Shown: piece by piece, positions 1 through 8,394 of the stretch
Position numbering within the stretch: the first letter of the stretch is position 1
Layout: each line of letters opens with the position of its first letter
Assembly (NCBI GenBank): GCA_002788675.1
Contig: PFRS01000001.1
Span: 15,009 to 79,008, forward strand
DNA: 64,000 nt
From: Candidatus Pacebacteria bacterium CG_4_9_14_0_2_um_filter_40_15
Lineage (GTDB): Bacteria > Patescibacteriota > Microgenomatia > UBA1400 > PJMF01
Direction of reading: 5' to 3'
Position numbers and translations under genes: made by a program
The notes under the pieces: model-generated
What the model was told of the DNA's origin: nothing
The model's database searches: none
The model's input: the letters and a program-made list of their open reading frames with translations, nothing else

Positions 1-3000
1 TGGGCGGAAACCCAGTTGGAAACATTAATAATTACCCTTGGATGGGTTCCTTCGATTATGAAGCATCCCATCCCTCATGTGGTGTAACACTTGTTGCCAA
101 TAATTGGGCATTAACCGCAAAGCATTGTGTTGATGATCCTGCCAACAATGTGAGTTGGGAGGAAATACAACAACTAACTCCCATTGTTCGATTTAGTAGT
201 TTAGATATGTTTTCTGGTGGAAATACATTTGCAGTAGAAACTGTCGTGACTCATTCGAGTTCTGACTTAGCATTACTAAAGTTGACTCAATCTCCTGCTG
301 TTCCTCCTGTAACGATAGCTACTGATAATAGCCTAAACTATGTAAACAATAATGTAACATTATTAGGCTGGGGTGGACTAAATAATACAGTACACTCCAC
401 ATTGCAGCAGCTATCAACACCCATTGTTAATCCACTTGATTGCGCTGTTAGTCCAAGCTCAGAGTGGATTTGTGTTGGCAATTTTGATGGACAAAGCGCC
501 GTGAAAAGGGATAGTGGTGGACCACTACTGGCCATTAAAAATGGTCAATGGGTACAAATTGGTGTTGCTTCTGGTGGCTACGCAGACTGTGTAGGTAGCA
601 ATACATGTCCTTCACATTACACAAATATTGCACCATTTTACAATTGGATCAATGATGTCATCGACAGTCAACAAGGTGGTCAAGGAAAAGTTGTTGTCTA
701 TAATCAAGACAACTTGTCAGGTGATAGCAGAGATCTCACCTATACTGTTAACTTTGGATATGAAGGCTCAAGTGCCAACTTTGGCACTTCTTCACTCTAT
801 ATCGCTAACGGTTGGTCGGCATTTATCACAAACGGCAGAGATGACTATCTGTGCGCGAGCACAAGTCTTTGGGATTTAGACCAAGACTACTATCATCCAA
901 ACCCTGGAATGAAAATTCATGGGGACATTGCCTTCATTATTACCTATAACGACACATCCTGTGGCGGAGTAGATCAAAATAATGATGGTGTACTAGATAA
1001 TGGCATCCAGTTTCAAGAACCACAAAGTGCTACTGTTCATTTCTATAATGGTGGCTCTTCTGGCGGCTCAAGCAGCGGTGGCGGCACACCAACCCCACCC
1101 TCAACTGGCCACGCCAAGCTCTACAGCCTCTCCAACTACGCCAATCCCATTGGCAACTACGGCCTGGGCTCACACAGTTTTGCCCCCAACACCTACATTC
1201 ACTCTGTGGACCTGGAAGGTGCGGGTAGCTTTATTGTCTATGCTAATGATGGTCGCAGTCGTTGTTTTAGCGAAGACATTCCCAACCTGCAAGACCATGA
1301 AGAATGGTGGAAGGATACCATCCGGATGGATGTGTATGGTAATAATGTCTGCCCAACACCAAACAGCGGTGCTTATGTGGAAATTTGGCAAGCAGCTAAC
1401 TATGGTGGTAATAAACTGGGGAACTACTATGTGGGAACACATACGTTTGCTCCAGACACCTTAATGTACGCTGTTCGGATGAAAGATGGCGCTCAAAGCT
1501 TCGTGGTGCATGCAGCAGACGGCCGTTCGCGGTGTTTCACTGGCGATATGCCAACGCTGCAAGATCACGAAGAGTGGATGCGCGAAACCATTCGCATGGA
1601 CGTGTATGACACTGATGTCTGTGAACCATTCGACTCGAACTACTACACCGGTATTATCGGTGAATGGAACTTCGACAATATGGACGGGACTCGTGTCCTT
1701 AACACTGCTGGATATGGAGACATTTTTGTTTCAAATACCAGTGTGGTAGGTGCAGGGCTGCATGGAAATGGGCTGATTGCAAATGGAACAGACTATGCCT
1801 TCAAGGAACATCCTGAAGGTGGTCTCAACCCCAATAACGATCATCCATTCTCAATTTCATTTTGGATTCAAGGACAAACAACGAGTGGCTTAGATTACCG
1901 ATTCCTCTCAAATATCAATACAGGTGGTGGGTACGACGCTGGCTGGTGGCTCCGCATGGACAAATCAACTGGCAATCTAACCTACTTTTATGGAAAAAAT
2001 GAGGGACCTGGCTACAATCACGCCACTGGGCTCGGTATTACAGGCCTGTTAGATGGACAGCCACATCACGTTGTGATCACTTTTACCGGTATGAATGGTG
2101 GTAAAACCATTCGCACCTATAAAGATGGCGTCCGCGTTGATGACAAAATGATTTCTGGTGGAGGGGATATTTCCTACAACGGATATATGTACCTCTACGT
2201 GGCACACACAACAGTTGCCACTGTCGACGAGCTCAAAATCTACCGCAGCACACTCACACAATCTGAAGTTATGGACCTGTACCTCACTGACACGCCCAAT
2301 CTTCCTTCGCCCCCACAGTCTCAAATTGGACTTGCCGGGCACTGGGATTTTGAAACTGTCAATGGCACAACCATTGTAGACTCGTCTGGGCATAATAACC
2401 TGGTGGCATCGAACGCTTCTGTGATTGATGCAACTGGTATTTTCTCCAACAGTTTACAAACAAATGGCGTTGAGTATGTGTCTGTGACAAATCCCTCAGC
2501 CGCTTTGCGGCCAGGGGATAGTGATCCGTTTTCTGTAGAATTTTGGATTGATGGAAATTCGAGCATTGGAGTTGATTACCAATTCCTCTCGAACATCCAA
2601 ACCGATACGAACGACGCTGGCTGGTGGCTCCGTATGGAAAAATCGGCTGGACAGTTAACGTATTTCTATGGAAAAGGTGGACCTGGACAGAATCATGCAA
2701 CTGGTCTTGCTATCTCAGGTTTGTTAGACGGAAACCCACATCATGTGGTTGTCACGTTTACCGGCATGAATGGTGGCAAAACCATTCGAACCTACAAAGA
2801 CAGCATCTTGGTGGATAACACAGCCATTGTTGGTGGCGATCCAATCGCCTACCATAATAACATGGCGTTCTTCATCGCTAAGAACACGCAGGCAAATGTG
2901 GACAATGTTAAAGTCTACAACCGGATACTCACTGCAGAGGAAGTTGCAACGCACTTTCTTGACGGGATTATTCTGTTACCGTTGCCTGGTTCACAGCCGA

Positions 3001-6000
3001 GTGATATTGCAACGGATTGGCCGTATAGCCAAACCTTAACAATTGATCACACTCTTGTAGCAAATGACTTAGTTAACTTTCCTGTGTTTGTTTCTGGTGA
3101 TGTATTATCTGACCATCTGTTTTCTACAATGGTCACAGAAACGTATGCTCTACCTAATTCTGGAGTAGACTTAACTGGTCTAGCTGGTTATTGGAACTTC
3201 GACGAAGAAGGGGGCAGTACTTTTGCCGATCAAGTTGGTGTGAATGATTTCTTAACTACCAATGATTCTGTCATTGGTAACAACGGCGTTTTTGGCAATG
3301 GCATTACTACAGACGGAACCAATTATGCATATATTCCCAACACCACAAATGCTCTAAAGCCTGGTGATAACTCACCATTCTCTATTTCATTTTGGGTACA
3401 GGGACAAGGAGTTGCTGGAGGCGATCTTGCCTTCCTCTCCAATATGCAAAATCCAGGATCCAATGATGTCGGCTGGTGGTTTCGCATGGATCAACCAACT
3501 GGACATTTGTGGTACTACTATGCAAAAAACGGCATTGGACAAAATCATGCTACTGGCTTAGCTATTGATAACTTACTGGATGGCAAACTACATCACGTTG
3601 TGATAACACTCACAGGCATGAATGGCAGTACAAATAAAACCATTCGTACCTATAAAGACGGTGTCCTCATCGATAATAAAATCGTCAGCGGAGGTGGTTC
3701 AATACAATACCATAGCAATATGGCGCTGTACTTGGCCAAACTCACTGGAGTTACCATCGATGATCTTGCGATCTTTAACCGAGTGCTCGCTGCGTCCGAA
3801 GTACAAACCATCTATCAAGGCAATGCCAACTATATTGACGCAAGAACCATGCGTATAACTTCAGATTCCCAAGGATTCAATGAACTACCTTTCGAGGTTG
3901 TCTCATTTAATCCCAACAGATATGAAGCTGAAATTTGGGTCAAAACTGATGTTTCTGCAACCACCGATACCAAACTCTACGTATGGTACGGAAATGCTTT
4001 AGCTGATGCGCGGCCAAGTAATCATACGTATGGGAGTGGCTCAGTATGGAGTGAGTTTGGTGTAAGAAATCACTTTAATGGCACAACTGCCGATAGCACG
4101 TTACAGTATAAACATGCTGATACTGTTGGTATCAGCTTTGTGCAAAATGCTGTAGGTGAAGGAATAAAGTCAACTGGCGGCACCGATTTTGGCCTCAAGT
4201 ACGGAAATAACTTTTCAGTCTCAACTGGGGATGCGAGATGGTCATTCTGGCTAGAAACCAACTCACCAACCGCCGGAGATGTCATATTCTCTAAAGGTCA
4301 ATCTGTGCTTGATGGATACTACTTCCAAGTTGTATCTGGTAACGCACTTAGATTCACCTCTAACCAGAATGGGACCAGCCAGGCTGTTCTTACTTCAAGC
4401 ACTCTCTCGAACAATGTTTCACATAAAATTGATGTAATAAAGAATGGTAACACTATTTCTATCTACATTGATGGTGTTGAAGCAGCGTACTCAGGGAGTC
4501 AAACAATAAATACTCCAACAAGTAACTCTAAGGATTTTTATCTCTTGAGATATAACCTAGGATCACAAGTTGGGTATTCACTAGAGCTGCCTGCTAAACT
4601 TGATGAGTTTGCTTTCCAAGCAATGGCAAGAACACCAGACTGGATCCAAACTGAGTTTGTTAACCAGTCTGATCCTGCCGCATTCTTTGGGAATGAAATT
4701 CCTGAAAGAATACTGCCAAGCTACATAGCTTCAAACTGGCCCTATAGCCAAACAATCACCATCGATCATACTCAAGTAGCCGGTGACCTCACCGATTTCC
4801 CCGTTCTGATCACTGGCGACGTAATCACAGATCACGTGTTCACAACCTTGCCATCTCAAACAAAATCTTTCCTAGAAAGCGGTGTGAGTACTGCTAACTT
4901 AGCTGGATACTGGACCTTCGATGAAACCAGCGGAACAACATTTGCCGACTATCTGGGCGCCAACAACCTCACAGCCTCAACAGCTGCTGCCGTAGGAAGT
5001 CCTGGTGTATTTGGCAACGGTTTATCTGCAAACGGGTATGCCTACAAAACTAACACCACAAGTGCTCTAAAACCTGGAAATGAAACAGATTTTTCTGTGT
5101 CTTTTTGGGTACAGGGCAGTGGAGGAAGCGGAACAGATTACTCGTTCTTGTCGAATATCCATACCAATAGCACTGATGCCGGTTGGTGGCTTGCAATGAA
5201 CAAGCCTGGCGGCTCATTTACTTACTTTTATGGTAAGAATGGGTCTGGTCTGAACCACGCTACTGGCTTATCAGTGTATCCACTTCTCGATGGGAACCTA
5301 CATCATGTCGTCGTGACATTCACGGGCATGAATGGCGGCAAAATCATCAAAACGTACCGTGATGGAGTGCTTATCGACAACAAAGCCATTGCTGCAGTCG
5401 GAGCCAATATCGCCTACCATAGCACTATGTCCTTGCGCGTAGCCTATGCAACTGGCGCAATGGTTGACGATCTGGCCATCCTTAACCGTACTTTGAGTGC
5501 TGCAGAAGTACAACAAATCTATGCAGGAAATACACCTCAAGCTGATACAAGTAGCATCAGATTCACCTCTGATGCAGAAGGCTTCCAAGAGTTGCCATTC
5601 GAAATCGTGTCTCTTGATCCTATTTCGCATGAGGCAGAAATTTGGGTACAGAGTGATCTATCCTCAACAACGGATACGTCAATCTATCTGTGGTATGGAA
5701 ATGAAGATGCGCAGGCATACGGTGCAACAGCCACCTTTGGTAGTCGGGCTGTATGGTCGAGCTACAAAGCTGTGTACCATAATCCCTTCCATCAAACAGA
5801 TAGCACGGGAACTTACACTCTAAGTTCCGTTGGATCGAATGGTCCAACTTCAACTGATGGTGCTATTTTAAGCGGGACTGATTATGGAACAGTCAAACAC
5901 TCAACCAGTGGCAGTAGTCTCTCAAGAGCTCAGAAGGTTGGCAATGATATGGGCATTCAAGGTGGTTCGTATACTATCCAGATGCTTGTAAGAGCAAATG

Positions 6001-6470
6001 GCAACATTACCGGCTCAGGAACCAACATTGATGGACTTCTGGCAATTACTGATGCGCAGTCAGATTGGCGCCCAATGATCTACACAGCAGCTAAGAATGG
6101 CGCTAGCCTTATCTTCAATCAGAGTGGCATTGGTGGTGGAACAACTGGTAGTTTGACGATTCCTAATCCCATTGGAACAGTAGAGTATGAGTACCTCACC
6201 CTCACTTACAATGGCTCACTCCTTCGTGCTTACCATGATGGAGTAGAAATTGGTTCCATGACGGTAACAGGAACACCCGTAGGAGGTTTCAATCCCTATG
6301 ACGGCGTGATAATTGGTGGTGTGCCGGGGTGGAACGGCATCGATCAGCTCTACGATTCCCTCCATGACATAGACGAAGTGCGTATTTCTGCACAAGTTAA
6401 AAGTCCTGAATGGATTACTACAGAAAGTAATGTCCTAAAAAGCCCCGAGACATTCTTCATCACACCTTAA
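1..6470 (+). CDS. 3' portion of a giant secreted multidomain protein. The frame is open to position 1 and upstream residues (..YPWMGSFDY..) already match the trypsin N-terminal region, so the true start lies outside the window. Domains: trypsin-like serine protease, two tandem ~90-aa Cys-containing repeats, at least five LamG/concanavalin-A-like modules, and interleaved DUF2341-like segments.
   Basis: Trypsin catalytic motifs are present in order: His (WALTAKHC), Asp (SDLALLKL) and Ser (GDSGGPL). The module LDGxxHHVV(I/V)TFTGMNGGKTIRTYKDG recurs four times together with the AGxWxFDE...FWxxG LamG-like signature. The segments WPYSQT(L/I)TIDHT and ELPFE(V/I)VS...AEIWV...LY(V/L)WYGN recur and look DUF2341-like. 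The ORF is 6.4 kb with no in-frame stops. Confidence 0.75.
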   Translation, partial: GGNPVGNINNYPWMGSFDYEASHPSCGVTLVANNWALTAKHCVDDPANNVSWEEIQQLTPIVRFSSLDMFSGGNTFAVETVVTHSSSDLALLKLTQSPAVPPVTIATDNSLNYVNNNVTLLGWGGLNNTVHSTLQQLSTPIVNPLDCAVSPSSEWICVGNFDGQSAVKRDSGGPLLAIKNGQWVQIGVASGGYADCVGSNTCPSHYTNIAPFYNWINDVIDSQQGGQGKVVVYNQDNLSGDSRDLTYTVNFGYEGSSANFGTSSLYIANGWSAFITNGRDDYLCASTSLWDLDQDYYHPNPGMKIHGDIAFIITYNDTSCGGVDQNNDGVLDNGIQFQEPQSATVHFYNGGSSGGSSSGGGTPTPPSTGHAKLYSLSNYANPIGNYGLGSHSFAPNTYIHSVDLEGAGSFIVYANDGRSRCFSEDIPNLQDHEEWWKDTIRMDVYGNNVCPTPNSGAYVEIWQAANYGGNKLGNYYVGTHTFAPDTLMYAVRMKDGAQSFVVHAADGRSRCFTGDMPTLQDHEEWMRETIRMDVYDTDVCEPFDSNYYTGIIGEWNFDNMDGTRVLNTAGYGDIFVSNTSVVGAGLHGNGLIANGTDYAFKEHPEGGLNPNNDHPFSISFWIQGQTTSGLDYRFLSNINTGGGYDAGWWLRMDKSTGNLTYFYGKNEGPGYNHATGLGITGLLDGQPHHVVITFTGMNGGKTIRTYKDGVRVDDKMISGGGDISYNGYMYLYVAHTTVATVDELKIYRSTLTQSEVMDLYLTDTPNLPSPPQSQIGLAGHWDFETVNGTTIVDSSGHNNLVASNASVIDATGIFSNSLQTNGVEYVSVTNPSAALRPGDSDPFSVEFWIDGNSSIGVDYQFLSNIQTDTNDAGWWLRMEKSAGQLTYFYGKGGPGQNHATGLAISGLLDGNPHHVVVTFTGMNGGKTIRTYKDSILVDNTAIVGGDPIAYHNNMAFFIAKNTQANVDNVKVYNRILTAEEVATHFLDGIILLPLPGSQPSDIATDWPYSQTLTIDHTLVANDLVNFPVFVSGDVLSDHLFSTMVTETYALPNSGVDLTGLAGYWNFDEEGGSTFADQVGVNDFLTTNDSVIGNNGVFGNGITTDGTNYAYIPNTTNALKPGDNSPFSISFWVQGQGVAGGDLAFLSNMQNPGSNDVGWWFRMDQPTGHLWYYYAKNGIGQNHATGLAIDNLLDGKLHHVVITLTGMNGSTNKTIRTYKDGVLIDNKIVSGGGSIQYHSNMALYLAKLTGVTIDDLAIFNRVLAASEVQTIYQGNANYIDARTMRITSDSQGFNELPFEVVSFNPNRYEAEIWVKTDVSATTDTKLYVWYGNALADARPSNHTYGSGSVWSEFGVRNHFNGTTADSTLQYKHADTVGISFVQNAVGEGIKSTGGTDFGLKYGNNFSVSTGDARWSFWLETNSPTAGDVIFSKGQSVLDGYYFQVVSGNALRFTSNQNGTSQAVLTSSTLSNNVSHKIDVIKNGNTISIYIDGVEAAYSGSQTINTPTSNSKDFYLLRYNLGSQVGYSLELPAKLDEFAFQAMARTPDWIQTEFVNQSDPAAFFGNEIPERILPSYIASNWPYSQTITIDHTQVAGDLTDFPVLITGDVITDHVFTTLPSQTKSFLESGVSTANLAGYWTFDETSGTTFADYLGANNLTASTAAAVGSPGVFGNGLSANGYAYKTNTTSALKPGNETDFSVSFWVQGSGGSGTDYSFLSNIHTNSTDAGWWLAMNKPGGSFTYFYGKNGSGLNHATGLSVYPLLDGNLHHVVVTFTGMNGGKIIKTYRDGVLIDNKAIAAVGANIAYHSTMSLRVAYATGAMVDDLAILNRTLSAAEVQQIYAGNTPQADTSSIRFTSDAEGFQELPFEIVSLDPISHEAEIWVQSDLSSTTDTSIYLWYGNEDAQAYGATATFGSRAVWSSYKAVYHNPFHQTDSTGTYTLSSVGSNGPTSTDGAILSGTDYGTVKHSTSGSSLSRAQKVGNDMGIQGGSYTIQMLVRANGNITGSGTNIDGLLAITDAQSDWRPMIYTAAKNGASLIFNQSGIGGGTTGSLTIPNPIGTVEYEYLTLTYNGSLLRAYHDGVEIGSMTVTGTPVGGFNPYDGVIIGGVPGWNGIDQLYDSLHDIDEVRISAQVKSPEWITTESNVLKSPETFFITP

Positions 6471-6551
6471 TATTCAACACGTTAACCTAGGTGAACGTAT
6501 ACTCACTGCTGCTTATTGCTAGCAGATAAGTGATGCATACTTCATAAATGT

Positions 6552-6587
6552 AGCCCCTTGAGAAATATCTCAAGGGGCTTTTTTGTT
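6552..6587 (+). terminator. Rho-independent terminator downstream of the giant protein gene
   Basis: GC hairpin agcccctt-gagaaatatctc-aaggggct followed by TTTTTTGTT. Confidence 0.6.
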
Positions 6588-6684
6588 CCTATGCTACAAT
6601 ACACCCAAGATGAAAAACACCTCATATTGCGCTACACTCTATATATACCTAGAAAAGTAGACGGGGTAGTGTGTTAGTTTGTAC

Positions 6685-6709
6685 AAACCCCAGCCTTGGG
6701 GTTTTTTTG
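6685..6709 (+). terminator. Second hairpin with a T-run, about 20 nt upstream of the chorismate mutase start. It may be a second terminator in tandem or an attenuator.
   Basis: aaacccca-gcc-ttggggttt followed by TTTTTTTG. Confidence 0.4.
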
Positions 6710-6728
6710 TTTAGAAAAAGAAAGAAAT

Positions 6729-7001
6729 ATGTCAAAAGTTACAAATGCAATCGAAAAAAAACGAGCAGAAATTGATGCTCTTAATACCCAACTAGTTGCA
6801 CTCATTGCCAAGCGAATTGGCGTGGCAAAAGAGATTGGCGAACTCAAGAAACAAGAAAAAATTGCCGTGCAAGATCATGAGCGTGAACACTTGGTACTGA
6901 CCCAAGCTCGCACTGATGCTGCTCTCTATAACATTGATGCTTCATATATCGAGGACGTCTTCCGCGCTATTATGAAAGGCGCCCGAGACGTCCAAAAATA
7001 A
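6729..7001 (+). CDS. Chorismate mutase, AroQ class, small stand-alone form of about 90 aa
   Basis: The length and the pattern KRAEIDALNTQLVALIAKRIGVAKEIGELKK...DHEREHLVL fit the AroQ helical fold. I chose the ATG at 6729; the ORF tracker's TTG at 6696 lies inside the upstream hairpin. Confidence 0.6.
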   Translation: MSKVTNAIEKKRAEIDALNTQLVALIAKRIGVAKEIGELKKQEKIAVQDHEREHLVLTQARTDAALYNIDASYIEDVFRAIMKGARDVQK

Positions 7002-7048
7002 ATCGTATCAATGTTACAATAATCTAGAGAATACTCAGAAAAGAAATT

Positions 7049-8260
7049 ATGGGAAATACACAACTTACAATCGATCAAGTACTCAGCCGTGGTGTGGCCG
7101 AAGTACTCCCTGGCACAGACACACTTGCCAAACTCATGGGAGAGAAAAAAATTCGTGTCTACTTGGGTATCGATCCAACCGGCTCACTCCTTACGTTAGG
7201 TCATAGTGTGGTACTTCGTAAGCTTCAGCAGTTTGCTGAACTTGGCCACGAAGTTATCCTGCTGATAGGCAACGGCACTGTCAAAATTGGTGACCCAACC
7301 GGCAAGGACTCAACGAGACCAGAACTCACCAACGAACAAATCGAAGAGAACTTCAAAACCTGGAAAGAACAAGCCAGCAAAGTCCTCGATTTTTCAAAGA
7401 TTGAAATTAAACATAACGGGGATTGGCTCGACAAGCTAAACTACAGCGACATCGTCAAACTCATGGCAAAAACTACTGTACAACAGCTCATGGAACGAGA
7501 TATGTTCCAAGAGCGCCTTAAGGCCGGCCGACCAATTCACGGACACGAAATTATGTACCCACTGCTACAAGGCTACGACTCTGTGGTAATGGATGTTGAT
7601 CTTGAAATTGGTGGCAGCGACCAAACTTTTAATATGTTGATGGGGCGCACGCTGCAAAGACAGTATAACAACCGTGAAAAATGGGTGCTTTCAACGCCAA
7701 TTATTAATGGCACAGACGGAAGAAAGATGAGTAAATCGTACGGCAATTTTATTGCCTTAACAGAAAACCCTACCGATATGTATGGCAAGCTTATGTCCGT
7801 GGCCGACGGCATGATTATTGAGTACTTCCAAGTGCTTACCAATCTTACCAACAATGAAATTTCGCAGATGGCACAAGCAATCGAAGCAGGCCAAAATCCA
7901 ATGGAGTTTAAGAAACGTCTTGCCTTTACGATTACAGAAATGTACCATTCGACCGAGGATGCGACTATAGCAGCAGAGCACTTTAAAGCAACGGTTCAGC
8001 AAGGACACATTCCAGATGATCTACCAGAAGTTTCACTCGCAACAATTGGAAACATTTTAGAGGCTATCAAAGCCTGCATGCCAGATCAGAGTAACAGCAA
8101 TATTCGCAGACTTATTGAACAAGGAGCGGTAGAACTCTACTTCGGAGAAGCTTCAGTAAAGCCAAATGATCCGCTTGCCGACTTGCAAAAAAACCGTGAT
8201 GGCGTGGCACTTGATACCATTCGAGTGGGTAAAAGAAATTACTTTACAATAACTCTTTAG
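7049..8260 (+). CDS. tyrS: Tyrosine--tRNA ligase
   Basis: Class I HIGH-region motif (GIDPTGSLLTLGH) and the KMSKS motif (GRKMSKSYGN). At 403 aa, with a C-terminal S4-like region, it fits TyrRS and not TrpRS. Confidence 0.85.
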   Translation: MGNTQLTIDQVLSRGVAEVLPGTDTLAKLMGEKKIRVYLGIDPTGSLLTLGHSVVLRKLQQFAELGHEVILLIGNGTVKIGDPTGKDSTRPELTNEQIEENFKTWKEQASKVLDFSKIEIKHNGDWLDKLNYSDIVKLMAKTTVQQLMERDMFQERLKAGRPIHGHEIMYPLLQGYDSVVMDVDLEIGGSDQTFNMLMGRTLQRQYNNREKWVLSTPIINGTDGRKMSKSYGNFIALTENPTDMYGKLMSVADGMIIEYFQVLTNLTNNEISQMAQAIEAGQNPMEFKKRLAFTITEMYHSTEDATIAAEHFKATVQQGHIPDDLPEVSLATIGNILEAIKACMPDQSNSNIRRLIEQGAVELYFGEASVKPNDPLADLQKNRDGVALDTIRVGKRNYFTITL

Positions 8261-8271
8261 AGAGGAGTTTC

Positions 8272-8376
8272 ATGAAAAAAGCTACCAAACAAAAGGTGGT
8301 ACAGGTGTTTGTGATTTTGGCAATCTTGGGCATGATTGTAAGCTCATTTGCTGGGGGCCTCCTATCACTTTACTAA
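8272..8376 (+). CDS. Small hydrophobic protein of 34 aa, MKKATKQKVVQVFVILAILGMIVSSFAGGLLSLY, missing from the ORF track
   Basis: A strong SD (GAGGAG) sits 6 nt upstream of the ATG, there is a single predicted TM helix, and the ORF fits exactly between tyrS and recG. Confidence 0.4.
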   Translation: MKKATKQKVVQVFVILAILGMIVSSFAGGLLSLY

Positions 8377-8394
8377 CTTTGAGAACAGCACTCC

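Noticed and set aside
338-6000. Numerous 60-150-aa ORFs antisense to or nested in the giant protein gene and other long genes, for example 338-535, 1170-1442, 2049-2393 and 5298-5630
   Set aside because: They lie wholly inside long, well-supported CDSs on the opposite strand or in an alternative frame. They have biased composition and no RBS.
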